Source: a virus. From it: 64,000 nucleotides of DNA. The stretch covers positions 28,313 through 92,312 of the IMG/VR virus record IMGVR_UViG_3300036861_000275, one strand, 5' to 3'. Numbering within the stretch: position 1 is the stretch's first letter; every line of letters starts with the position of its first letter. The position numbers were made by a program, and so were the translations under genes. Shown here one piece after another: positions 1 to 8,989 of this stretch. A model generated the notes under the pieces. It was not told where the DNA came from. It searched no databases and saw nothing but the letters and a program-made list of their open reading frames with translations.

Positions 1-803
1 CCCTGTAGCCGGCGAGGGTGTAACCTATACCAGACCCTAAATCTGCGTTTCCTTGCCAGGTTAGCCAGATCCCTGACTAGGCCCTCCTCGTCCCGCATAT
101 AGGCTATAGACGTACCGGCCACAAGCACTATCGGTGGTTTGCCTGGTAGCAACCTTTTATTTATAGCCTCCGATGCTGGGGCGTCTAGGCGCAGCGATCC
201 AATGATATGCACTTTGTCTGAGTCGAATCCGTGACAAAGAGCATGCGCTAAGGACGCCTTACCCCACACCGCGACGTGGTCAGGCTTGACTAGATAACTA
301 CCCTTCGATGTTAACGTATCCCAGGAAGCAACGATGCCGAGAGTCGGGATACCTAGGCGCCTTGCGGACTTGAACAGATCCGCCTCTTGGCCGCGGTAAA
401 TATCCGTGACCGCAACTATGACGTCAGGTTGAAGCACTTTGAGCGCTTGCACGGTCAGTCTACGTACCGGGATCAGCTTTTCGATACTCCTAGCAAGCCG
501 CTCGCCGTCGCGCACATACCGATCAACAAGACTACATAGCCAGATCTCAAGCCGGAGTCGTGTTGCTCTACGCCTGCCCAGCTTCGTCTTGGCCGTCACA
601 GAACCGTGTCGTTCCCAGGCGGTATAGATGAGAGTCCTGAGAATCCGACGCCGCAGCCAGGATACCGGAGCCGGCGCTTGCACGTCTTTGTCTAACAGAT
701 GTTCCGCCGTGATGCCGGCTCCAGATAGATAGTAATCCATCTTCGCCTGGTACCAGTCGCGCTCCAGGGCCTCGCTCCCTAAGTAGACTAGAACTCGTTT
801 CAT
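1..803 (-). CDS. GT-B fold glycosyltransferase, putative nonulosonic acid transferase (3' end truncated by window edge; not in ORF track)
   Basis: Manual translation from ATG 803 (ATGA overlap with upstream stop) is open to the edge: MKRVLVYLGS...ARRLGIPTLGIVASWDTLTSKGSYLVKPDHVAVWG...IGSLRLD...VWYRLHP. The GIPT/SWD/D..VWG/HP pattern resembles CDP-glycerol-phosphotransferase/sialyltransferase-like GT-B proteins. Confidence 0.7.
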   Translation of the reverse strand, partial: MKRVLVYLGSEALERDWYQAKMDYYLSGAGITAEHLLDKDVQAPAPVSWLRRRILRTLIYTAWERHGSVTAKTKLGRRRATRLRLEIWLCSLVDRYVRDGERLARSIEKLIPVRRLTVQALKVLQPDVIVAVTDIYRGQEADLFKSARRLGIPTLGIVASWDTLTSKGSYLVKPDHVAVWGKASLAHALCHGFDSDKVHIIGSLRLDAPASEAINKRLLPGKPPIVLVAGTSIAYMRDEEGLVRDLANLARKRRFRVWYRLHPRRLQ

Positions 804-1060
804 GGCCTAGGAGGGCTATTGATTTCGATCCAGGCTCGCGCGCCCCATGGTAGAGGCTTGTTTTTGTCGTACACCACCCGACCCATCACGCCCTCGTGCC
901 CACATTGCTGACAGACGGCAGTGAGCGGTATCTGGTGGGCGTAATCCTGTTTACCGTACTTGCCATTACTGATTCGCAGCGGTGGCTTATTCTCGCCTCG
1001 CTTGAGGTTCGAGATGATGGTGTTTTTGCAGACAGTGATGTAGATCAGAAAGCTCTTCAC
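800..1060 (-). CDS. small hypothetical phage protein
   Basis: Probable GTG start overlapping upstream TGA; ends VVYDKNKPLPWGARAWIE. Confidence 0.55.
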   Translation of the reverse strand: MKSFLIYITVCKNTIISNLKRGENKPPLRISNGKYGKQDYAHQIPLTAVCQQCGHEGVMGRVVYDKNKPLPWGARAWIEINSPPRP

Positions 1061-1266
1061 GGCTGGCAAACTGGACACGGTACCATATCGTGTTCAGTCT
1101 CGGGGTCTGCGCAGCAGCAGGTGTCCTCGAAACAGTCATCAAGGACGATGCCTTCTCCGCCGCATTCGTAGCACTCGTCTCCGTCATACTCATCCGGCCA
1201 TTCTTCGGTCCCGTTTGTCTCATCAATGGCATCGTCAGAGTATCGCGGATCATCCGGATTCATCAC
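1057..1266 (-). CDS. acidic Cys-rich (zinc-finger-like) small protein
   Basis: CYECGGEG...CCC...CPVC; packed between neighbours. Confidence 0.6.
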   Translation of the reverse strand: MMNPDDPRYSDDAIDETNGTEEWPDEYDGDECYECGGEGIVLDDCFEDTCCCADPETEHDMVPCPVCQP

Positions 1267-1270
1267 ACCA

Positions 1271-2158
1271 TCACCTTACCTGATGATTGTCCGCGTGGGC
1301 AACAGGAAACTGCTGGATGCGTAGGTCCTCTGGCCATTCGGCCGGATCGCTGCCTTTGCGGTCGCGGATATTGACTGTCTCGATCCTTCCGCTAGCCGTA
1401 AGGTCGCTGTCGTAGACATTAGCCCCTAGCTGCTTGACGAACACTGGTACGCCGTAGCATTGTGCAACCACATCGCGAATCCAGTCGAGGTCGCATGGTC
1501 TAGCGTGAGGCCCGCTCTCGCCGCCTATGATGACCCACTGCTGGGTGCCTTTGTAGGTGAGCCACGTCTTGGGGATCTCGACAGGGCCTAGCAGCGGCTC
1601 TATCGAGAGAAACTGCACGGCGGCCGGCGTAGCTTGCAAGTCGGATATGCGCTGGTCCATGGCGGCCTGATTCTCGATAGAGACGCCGAGCCAGACGTTA
1701 GGGAGGACCGGATAGCCGCGGCGCTGCATAGTCTGCATCGACTCCATCATCCGCTCGGGCCGCTTCGTGAGGACCTGGTAGGTGTGTCGCGGCGTGTGTT
1801 CCATCACGCTGAAGATGGCGTCGATCCACCCGTCCTCGACCTTCTCGTGGAACAGGTCGGACATGGAGTTGACGAAAATCCTCTTGGGCGATTTCCAGCG
1901 GAGCGGTAGATCTAAGGCTTCTTCGATGAACCGGACCTCGCCGGTCCAGCGGGCAACCGTAGCGCTTTCGCCTGTCCCGTCTTCTACGATGCGCTTACGT
2001 CGGGCAAGCCCCTCGTATGGCTGGCCCGGACCAGAGAACCGAGCGGCGATCACCTCGGCATAGCAGTTACGACAACCCTCGGAGACGCGAGAACATCCTC
2101 TGATTGGATTCCAAACCATATCCGTCCAGGAGATTGAGGTCTTACCGGCCACTGGCAA
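1271..2158 (-). CDS. DUF5131 / phage Gp37-Gp68 family protein (three-Cys, radical-SAM-like)
   Basis: WTDMVWNPIRGCSRVSEGCRNCYAE, FVNSMSDLFHE, QVLTKRPER, FLSIEPLLG, WVIIGGESG, FVKQLG. Confidence 0.92.
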   Translation of the reverse strand: MPVAGKTSISWTDMVWNPIRGCSRVSEGCRNCYAEVIAARFSGPGQPYEGLARRKRIVEDGTGESATVARWTGEVRFIEEALDLPLRWKSPKRIFVNSMSDLFHEKVEDGWIDAIFSVMEHTPRHTYQVLTKRPERMMESMQTMQRRGYPVLPNVWLGVSIENQAAMDQRISDLQATPAAVQFLSIEPLLGPVEIPKTWLTYKGTQQWVIIGGESGPHARPCDLDWIRDVVAQCYGVPVFVKQLGANVYDSDLTASGRIETVNIRDRKGSDPAEWPEDLRIQQFPVAHADNHQVR

Positions 2159-3134
2159 CTCGGTCTTCGAGATCCATCACGATCCGTAGGCCCGCTTTAC
2201 CATCCGCCCATCCTAGATACCGTTCGATGTACTCCTGCCGGGCCGACTCAATCATCCCGAATGGCACGAATCCGTACGCGGCTTCGTAGCGCATGCCAGT
2301 TCCGGGCCAACTGTAAAAGTTACGCTCAGACCAGGGATTGAAGTCCACACCTCGGCCGGCGTAAGCGTTCCATCCTCGCGGCGCTACATTCCAGGACGGA
2401 ACATTAGCAAGCACGGCCTCAGCCACTCCAGAGGAGCAATGGTGAATGAAGAGCCCGGCCCGGTTCAACAGCGTCACCGGGTCCTGATTGGCTACTACGT
2501 CGGCAGCGTCGCGCGTGTACTCCGGCAGATACACCTTGTCGCGGGCCGAAACCACCAGCGGCCAGCCTAGCTTGTCGGCAGCCTGCCTGGCCGCCTTCAC
2601 AGTCCGCCGATCCTCGAACTGCATCTTGAGCCAGAAAAGACTGTCAAGGTGGTGCGCGCCCCATGGGAACGGGTAGTAGAGTACCGATTTCGGCGGTAGC
2701 GGTAGCGGATCGGTGGGCCCACTCATAGGATGCCCGACCGGGACGAAGTTTCTAGGAAACAGCCTTTCCTGCCGTTCCTGCCAGAAGCCTAGCCATGCCG
2801 AGCTCCAAGAGTACACGACGTCCCAGTGCTCTGGGTTCAGATAAACCAGATCCGACCACGAAGTCTGGAGTGCGGCGCATATCCCACCGATGCCGCGAGG
2901 ATCAATGTCTAGAGCTGCTGGAACCAGCCAGGCGTCCATGGCCGGTGTCAAGTCATCCGGACCGCGGTAGTGGACCCAGTATGGCAGGCGCTCTCTGCTA
3001 ACCGTGTGCTTGGCGTCACCCGGCTTGGGTCGACCTAGCACATAGACATCATGCCCACGTGCCGTGGCTACTAATGCTGTCCCCTCGCACCAGCGCCATT
3101 GATTAGCTCGCCTGATTACGATGCCTAACTTCAT
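2142..3134 (-). CDS. putative GT-B glycosyltransferase (candidate nonulosonic acid transferase)
   Basis: SWSD, VGHP, HHCSSGVAEAVLANVP (S.++EA..+P GT-B motif), C-terminal DGKAGLRI; coupled (ATGA) to NeuB paralog. Confidence 0.55.
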   Translation of the reverse strand: MKLGIVIRRANQWRWCEGTALVATARGHDVYVLGRPKPGDAKHTVSRERLPYWVHYRGPDDLTPAMDAWLVPAALDIDPRGIGGICAALQTSWSDLVYLNPEHWDVVYSWSSAWLGFWQERQERLFPRNFVPVGHPMSGPTDPLPLPPKSVLYYPFPWGAHHLDSLFWLKMQFEDRRTVKAARQAADKLGWPLVVSARDKVYLPEYTRDAADVVANQDPVTLLNRAGLFIHHCSSGVAEAVLANVPSWNVAPRGWNAYAGRGVDFNPWSERNFYSWPGTGMRYEAAYGFVPFGMIESARQEYIERYLGWADGKAGLRIVMDLEDRVASGR

Positions 3135-4192
3135 ACCAGGTAGCTCCACATGATCGTACTGCCGGCCGGAATATCGACGGCCACACGACGGCCTATCAGA
3201 TACACTTCGTCCGGCGGCTCGAACCCGCCTAGGACGGATGGTCGGCGATAGTCGAAATCATCGCACTTGATAGTATCGCCAGCGTGCAGCGTGCTACTTG
3301 CGAAGGCGCAGCGCCTAGCGGCGGCTTGGCTATAACGTTCGGCCGGGAGGATACGTTTCCTCTCCGGCTTACCTATCGACGTCCAGACATTGTGCATGGC
3401 AAGCACAAAATCCCGAGCCTCGTTTGGCGCTACGGCCGTCGACTGCTCAGGTCCAGCGCTGTGACGATCTAGCGTCAAGTTTTTTTCGATCATAGAGGCG
3501 CCGAGGGCCACTGCGGCGGCATCCACATGCCAGCTCCGAATGTGCGATGAGTAACCGATAGCAGCCTCCGGAAAAGCAGCCATCAAGACAGGTATCTGAG
3601 ACAGGTTGACTCGACGCATCGCGGCTGGGTACCCACCCGCTACTTGGTGTATCATCACTTCGCTGGCGGCATCAATAACGGCGTTGACCGAGCGCTCTAA
3701 TTCTCCCAGCGTTGCGTGCCCGGTATCGAGCAGGATAGGCTTCATAGTCCTAACAGCGATACACCGAATCAATTCCGTGTTTGTGATGTCGCCAGAGCAG
3801 ATCTTGATCGCTTTAACCTTGGCTGCGATGGCTGTATCTAGGGAAGTCTCGGCATTGTCGACCGTCGCGATCAGGTCGAGCCCTAACTCCTCGCAGCGCG
3901 CCCCGACGATCTTCCATTCATCACGGGTCAATGTCCGCCGCTGGAGAGCCGCCCGTTGAGATTCCTCGCGTTCGACACCATCGGCATCGGTAAAGTGGAC
4001 TACGGGAGCGCCTCCGATCAATGTATCCACATCCAATATCTGGACCTTGAGAGCGTCGGCGCCGGCATTGGCCGCACACTCTGCCAGTCTCATGGCAGAC
4101 ATCAGACCTGACATGGTCCCGCCGATTTCAAACGTGATATACGGCGCGAGATCCGATCCTAGCGTCTTGTAGCCTATTCTGATGGTAGCCAT
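3131..4192 (-). CDS. neuB: NeuB-family nonulosonic acid synthase with C-terminal SAF/AFL domain, divergent active site
   Basis: GADALKVQ, KICSGD, GYSSH, MIEKNLTLDR, C-terminal RRP...GRRVAVDIPAG. Confidence 0.85.
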   Translation of the reverse strand: MATIRIGYKTLGSDLAPYITFEIGGTMSGLMSAMRLAECAANAGADALKVQILDVDTLIGGAPVVHFTDADGVEREESQRAALQRRTLTRDEWKIVGARCEELGLDLIATVDNAETSLDTAIAAKVKAIKICSGDITNTELIRCIAVRTMKPILLDTGHATLGELERSVNAVIDAASEVMIHQVAGGYPAAMRRVNLSQIPVLMAAFPEAAIGYSSHIRSWHVDAAAVALGASMIEKNLTLDRHSAGPEQSTAVAPNEARDFVLAMHNVWTSIGKPERKRILPAERYSQAAARRCAFASSTLHAGDTIKCDDFDYRRPSVLGGFEPPDEVYLIGRRVAVDIPAGSTIMWSYLV

Positions 4193-4707
4193 GTGTCTCC
4201 CGCAATAGAAAAGTAGAGACTGTCCCACAGCTTTCCGTTCCAGAACTTGCGGCGTGGTAGCGTCGTGGTGTAGGCGGATAATCTTTCGGCTATAGTCTTC
4301 CAGAAGACTACAGCGTCAGTATTACAGGTGTACACCTCTCCGTACACAGTCTCCAGACGCATCCGCATGAACGCTTCCACCAGTATCGCTTCCACGGTTC
4401 TGCTACCGTACCTAGTCCCGCTATGCCTATACCTAGGGGCTACGATGAGGCTGATTTCAGCAGAGCCGTTCTCTGGCGAGATGTCGGTCAAGCCCGCCAT
4501 CCCCAGGAAGTCATGTTGTCGGACAGCCCAATACCTGTGGCGACTCAATGGGTTACAGACCACGTTACGGTAAAACTCGCGTTGCGACTCTGGCGTAGAG
4601 AGCGTGGCGGTGCGTAGCGCCCCTCGAACACCATTGCGCCACGCCGCTACTTCAACACACTCCTCTTCCGAGAGCGCATCTAGCCGAATGTTAACAGGCG
4701 GAATCAA
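4174..4707 (-). CDS. GNAT N-acetyltransferase (RimJ/PseH-like)
   Basis: WRN, FLGMAGL, AEISLIVAP, G.G, GEVYTCN; sits inside the sugar cluster. Confidence 0.8.
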   Translation of the reverse strand: MIPPVNIRLDALSEEECVEVAAWRNGVRGALRTATLSTPESQREFYRNVVCNPLSRHRYWAVRQHDFLGMAGLTDISPENGSAEISLIVAPRYRHSGTRYGSRTVEAILVEAFMRMRLETVYGEVYTCNTDAVVFWKTIAERLSAYTTTLPRRKFWNGKLWDSLYFSIAGDTWLPSE

Positions 4708-5507
4708 GGCCGAACCTGATATGGAACCATAGGCTGTTCACACTCCTGTAGGCGTTTCACTCCGTGTCCTACCATCGCCTCGGCGTGACGGATGAATTGA
4801 ACGTACTCTGCCAGAGACTGTGGGTCGTGCGCAACAGCATAATCCGCGTTCGTGGATGGCGTATCCTCCAGTCGGGCATGGACTTCGATGATCTCTGCTC
4901 CGGCAGCCACAGCCAGACCACCGGTCGTACGTAGTCTAGTATGGTCACTGAAGCCTACTGGCACCGGCGCCAGCATTCGGCGTAGCTGATAGATGGCGTC
5001 GAGGTGCACGTCTCGGGGAGGCGTCGGATAGGCAGAAACGCAATGCAAGACTCCTCCCAGGTTGCCCACCTGGGCAACCGCCGATGCCACATCGTGGATG
5101 TCCAGCATACCGGTGGACAGCAGTATCGGCGTGCCAGGAAACCGGTCGTGCGCCCGAATGAAGACCGTATCCCTCGCCTCGAAGCTGGCTATCTTGAACT
5201 GCTTGACTAGCGGCGCCACCGCTTCTATATCTTTCGGGAGGTAGACGGTGCACATAAAATCGAGGCGGGTTTCGTGCGCCATGAAGGCTATTTCGTTGAG
5301 CCAGGTCCCCGGGAATTCTATCAGCTTGTAGGCGTCCAGGTACTCAGGGGCCCGCCGTCGCTCACAGATAGCCTTGGCGTCGGACGTCCATTGAAACTTC
5401 ACGGCGTCGGCTCCGGCAGCCTTGGCGTTGGCAACGTGGGCCCGCACCATGTTTCGGTCACGCATGTGCGTGCTGCCGACTTCCGCTATGATGTATGTCT
5501 GGCTCAT
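4704..5507 (-). CDS. neuB: NeuB/PseI-family synthase lacking SAF domain
   Basis: IIAEVGSTH, ADAVKFQ, KIASFE, LSTGM, LHCVSAYP, GFSDHT, IIEVH. Confidence 0.92.
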   Translation of the reverse strand: MSQTYIIAEVGSTHMRDRNMVRAHVANAKAAGADAVKFQWTSDAKAICERRRAPEYLDAYKLIEFPGTWLNEIAFMAHETRLDFMCTVYLPKDIEAVAPLVKQFKIASFEARDTVFIRAHDRFPGTPILLSTGMLDIHDVASAVAQVGNLGGVLHCVSAYPTPPRDVHLDAIYQLRRMLAPVPVGFSDHTRLRTTGGLAVAAGAEIIEVHARLEDTPSTNADYAVAHDPQSLAEYVQFIRHAEAMVGHGVKRLQECEQPMVPYQVRP

Positions 5508-6445
5508 CCCAACATTCCTTTCAGGACATTCGGGTCTAGCTTCCTCGCGGTGCGGCTTGATACTTCTCCTCTCACGGCGCCCACTGTCGCATCGGTGGAT
5601 TTAATGACGTAGTGTTCAAAATCAACCCCGTACACAGAGTTTATGAGCGTCGCGCGTCTAGCCTCGTCCGCCGAGATGACTACTTCATGGAGTTTTTCTC
5701 CGGCCCGCAAAGGAATTCGGCGCTGTTTGGCTCCAGGCGCCACTACTTCAGCTAGTGTCGCCAGACTTGCAGACTCCATCGCCGGGATGTATACCTCCCC
5801 TCCTTCCATCAGGCTTATGGCCGCGATCGCGAAGCCCACCACTCGGTCCATCGTGATCCAGAACCGTGTCGCCTCGGGGACGGTGATGGTGATAGGCAGC
5901 CCGGCCGCGGCCTGCCGGCGCCACGTCAGGATAACCGACCCAGCACTACCTAAGACGTTCCCCCAGCGCGTACAGGAGATGCGTGTATGAGGGCGCCCCC
6001 ATTTATTGGCATGGACGGCGTAGAATTCGGCGGCTAGCTTGCTGGCCCCATAAGCAGTGGCCGGGGCAGCTGCCTTGTCGCTGGAGAGAACCAGCACCTT
6101 CGGCACATTGCGTTTTAGGGCCGCCCGGATCACCTGGATAGTCCCGTCTATATTAATCGAATACATCTCGCGCGGGTCATTCCCGTCTACGCGCTTCATG
6201 GCGGCCGCATGGATGATGGTGTCGATTCTGTGCATGGCGTCGTAGAGCGACTCCGGCGAACGTATGTCGCCGAGAATCCATTCCACCGTGGCAGGATAGT
6301 CCAAGGATTCCCGTAGCTTGGCCTGGACGGATTCATTTCTGGAGTAGGCCACTATCTTCTCGGGCGGCACCTTGGACGCCAGCAGATTCCTGATGAGCGC
6401 GCTCCCGAAAGAGCCCGACGCTCCCGTAATCAGGACTCTCGTCAT
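5504..6445 (-). CDS. pseB: UDP-GlcNAc 4,6-dehydratase (PseB-like, Polysacc_synt_2)
   Basis: ITGASGSFG, HAAAMK, SSDKA, YGASK, RWGNVLGSAGSV, TRFWI, RAGEKLHE. Confidence 0.85.
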   Translation of the reverse strand: MTRVLITGASGSFGSALIRNLLASKVPPEKIVAYSRNESVQAKLRESLDYPATVEWILGDIRSPESLYDAMHRIDTIIHAAAMKRVDGNDPREMYSINIDGTIQVIRAALKRNVPKVLVLSSDKAAAPATAYGASKLAAEFYAVHANKWGRPHTRISCTRWGNVLGSAGSVILTWRRQAAAGLPITITVPEATRFWITMDRVVGFAIAAISLMEGGEVYIPAMESASLATLAEVVAPGAKQRRIPLRAGEKLHEVVISADEARRATLINSVYGVDFEHYVIKSTDATVGAVRGEVSSRTARKLDPNVLKGMLG

Positions 6446-7101
6446 ATCTTGCCCCTGTCGACCAGGGTATTCGCGAACAGAAGGTCGACGGCATCGTTCA
6501 CGTCGACTGACTCTACCGGGTTAACTAAATATGGCACAATACTGAGAGAATCGTACCAGGACTTCGGCTTACGGCACAGCCAATCTGCTCTAGCCCAGAT
6601 GACAGTTCCGTCATGCTTAAGAGCGTCACCTGGCCATCCTGCCGCATGAGATAATACCAGTTTACCTTGGCTGTCCAGAAAACACATATACCGATAGTCT
6701 TGCCTGAATGGCACCATCGACATGACGGCATCCACTGTGCCGTCGTATAGCAATCGAGATTCTACCAGGTGTCGTAGGGTGCGTAATGGCGACGTCGGCA
6801 GGAGTAACGCAAATAGATCCCACTGACCGTGTTTAGGCTGAAGGAACTCTTGAACACATTCCAACGTTCTAGTTGGTTTAGGGTCCTGTTGTGGGTGTAG
6901 GAAGATGTCTTCATATTCCTTAAAACTTTGATCCCAGCCGTCGTATGAGATCGCTATCTCGTCCACGAGCCCCAACCATTTGGCTTGTCGTGCAATCTTG
7001 ACCGCTCGACCCACAAGCGTTTCCCCGCCGACTAGGCGGAAGTTTTTGCGGGTTAGCCGTTCCGAATGGATCTTCACCGGGATCACTGCTAGCGTTCTCA
7101 T
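6442..7101 (-). CDS. neuA: acylneuraminate cytidylyltransferase (NeuA/PseF family)
   Basis: AVIPVKIHSERLTRKN, LLPTSPLR, SVDVNDAVD. Confidence 0.88.
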   Translation of the reverse strand: MRTLAVIPVKIHSERLTRKNFRLVGGETLVGRAVKIARQAKWLGLVDEIAISYDGWDQSFKEYEDIFLHPQQDPKPTRTLECVQEFLQPKHGQWDLFALLLPTSPLRTLRHLVESRLLYDGTVDAVMSMVPFRQDYRYMCFLDSQGKLVLSHAAGWPGDALKHDGTVIWARADWLCRKPKSWYDSLSIVPYLVNPVESVDVNDAVDLLFANTLVDRGKI

Positions 7102-7454
7102 TTTGGCCCTCCGGTAAATTTAGCCACCAGATCATCGACCAGTGCTCGAAACCTGGCCCGCGCCCGGTCAGCCTCAGCCTGCTCCTCGGCTGTCATTGGT
7201 GCCGGTGGCAGCGCCGGATTCTCGATACGCCGACGTTCCCGTATAGCTCTCGCTCGCTCTATGATATCCGGCGCCTGAGGGAAGAATGTAATCTCCTGCC
7301 GGCACCGTTTCAGCGCTGCTAGGACGTCTTCCAAGTCGTATGGCTCAAGATCTTCCCAGTATGCTTCTATGACGTGCCGCTCAAGATCCCGTTGCTTCAC
7401 GGACGCCAGTGCCGTCAGCGCCACCACGAACGGCCGCTTATCCTCAGTCTTCAC
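7098..7454 (-). CDS. phage replication accessory protein (helicase loader/inhibitor-like)
   Basis: YWEDL...FFPQAPDI pattern; directly follows the initiator-domain gene. Confidence 0.55.
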   Translation of the reverse strand: MKTEDKRPFVVALTALASVKQRDLERHVIEAYWEDLEPYDLEDVLAALKRCRQEITFFPQAPDIIERARAIRERRRIENPALPPAPMTAEEQAEADRARARFRALVDDLVAKFTGGPK

Positions 7455-7824
7455 CGAGGAACTCCTTGGCGGCCTGAATGTTCTTCCGAGTGCGCTCGGT
7501 TAAGATCGTGGTCGGCTTGGTCCGTACCAGACCCAAGTAGCTCTCACACTTCGTCCGATTGAAGAGCGTAGCCGGGCGAAGGTATTCGCTCATCTTGGGA
7601 TCATCCTTCCAGGCCGCGACACGGTTGTCGATCACGGCCATCAATTGCTGCACCGTGATACCTTCAGACAGACGGGCCCTTACAAACTCCACACTCTTGC
7701 CCTCCGCTCTGAAGTATCGCTCGGCTTTCTGATTCAGGTATGTGATGACCTGTATCGCCGGGTCAGTGCATGTGGTGGCGAGGGCGGCTTCGTGTTTGTG
7801 CGCCAGCGCTCTTATATCACTCAA
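7444..7824 (-). CDS. conserved phage C-terminal domain protein (replication-initiator type, Phg_2220_C-like)
   Basis: YLNQKA...VIDNRVAAWKDDPKMSEYLRPATLFNRTKCESYL. Confidence 0.85.
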   Translation of the reverse strand: MSDIRALAHKHEAALATTCTDPAIQVITYLNQKAERYFRAEGKSVEFVRARLSEGITVQQLMAVIDNRVAAWKDDPKMSEYLRPATLFNRTKCESYLGLVRTKPTTILTERTRKNIQAAKEFLGED

Positions 7825-7854
7825 CGTGCCTTATCCCTCCGCTGGAACACGGTT

Positions 7855-7884
7855 ACCTTACGCGACCGTGAGAAACTCTGTCAA
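7855..7884 (-). promoter_or_regulatory. sigma70-type promoter
   Basis: TTGACA-N18-TAAGGT in the intergenic gap upstream of 7824. Confidence 0.65.
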
Positions 7885-7921
7885 TCCCATTTATATAGTG
7901 GTCGTGTACAGACCAGAACCA

Positions 7922-8278
7922 CTATACGTTGGGGACCCCAATAGAATCCAAGAACATGGACGCTTTCTGATGGCCTGTTTGACATTCTGCCGAACGCTGT
8001 GCCTGTCTGACATCAGACCATTTCACTAGATGTTCTTGGCCTGGGCGCCATACATATACAGATTCACTGAGGCCCGACAACCAGTCGAGCACAAATACCT
8101 GCTCATCCGAGAATCCGCTTCTGTCTTTGACCTCTATAACCACTACACGACCATCTTTCTCAGCTATAAAATCCGGCCAGCCACGCCTAAATACTTGCCA
8201 GCCGGCCTTCTGAAGGCGTAGCAGACAGTCTTGTTCAGCGCGATTGCGTACCAGTATCAAAGGCTCCGGCTGTCCCAT
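7922..8278 (-). CDS. VRR-NUC / PD-(D/E)XK nuclease
   Basis: GWPDFIAE...IEVK...S.EQ. Confidence 0.8.
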   Translation of the reverse strand: MGQPEPLILVRNRAEQDCLLRLQKAGWQVFRRGWPDFIAEKDGRVVVIEVKDRSGFSDEQVFVLDWLSGLSESVYVWRPGQEHLVKWSDVRQAQRSAECQTGHQKASMFLDSIGVPNV

Positions 8279-8773
8279 TTATAGCTCGTTCCAGTGGTCC
8301 GTCAGGAACGTTTTGATGCCCTCTCCGGCGCTGTAGTCTGGGTATAGTGGCAGGAACTTCATCGCCGCCGCGGGGTAGCTATCAGCTTCCCTTAGGACCT
8401 TCGATCTCTTTGCCAGCCACAGGAGCGCTAGGGACGGCGCCCGGCTGAGACCATGGTTGCAATGAATCTCGACGCCTGGCTTGCTCGGGAGCATCCATTG
8501 GTCCAAAAAGTCCAGCGCTGTCTGGAACGACTTCAATTGAAACAGCGGCAGAGGCGGGTCGATGAGATTTAGGACCAGGTGCTCGCCGAGATCTCCGCGC
8601 AGGCACGACAAATACTCTGGATGGTCCTTTGGGAGTCGGCGACTCCCCACCGCCTGGACGTGACATGGATCTTTCGCCGCGTGAATCATCGCCGGCTGCT
8701 TGCTCGACTTGGTCATCCATGAGCGGCAGTCTGTCACGTCCCCTAGCCAAAGCCGAGGATGTACCTCGATCAT
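8279..8773 (-). CDS. dual-specificity (CX5R) phosphatase
   Basis: LWLG, IHCNHGLSRAP P-loop. Confidence 0.88.
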   Translation of the reverse strand: MIEVHPRLWLGDVTDCRSWMTKSSKQPAMIHAAKDPCHVQAVGSRRLPKDHPEYLSCLRGDLGEHLVLNLIDPPLPLFQLKSFQTALDFLDQWMLPSKPGVEIHCNHGLSRAPSLALLWLAKRSKVLREADSYPAAAMKFLPLYPDYSAGEGIKTFLTDHWNEL

Positions 8774-8989
8774 GTATCTTCTCTCTGGCCGGCGGATGGC
8801 TGGCCTCGTCTCCGGATTGAATAACCAGCCCGCAACGGCACTGGTGCGGTTCTCCGTGGTGGTAGCGCCCCAGGACGCACCAATGTGCGATGCCGGTCGT
8901 GCCGTGTACCCTGTCTAATCCCCGACACGATGGCATCCCAGGGTTAACATCAAACAGCCAAGCCAACTTAACCTCCTCTACTAATTTCC

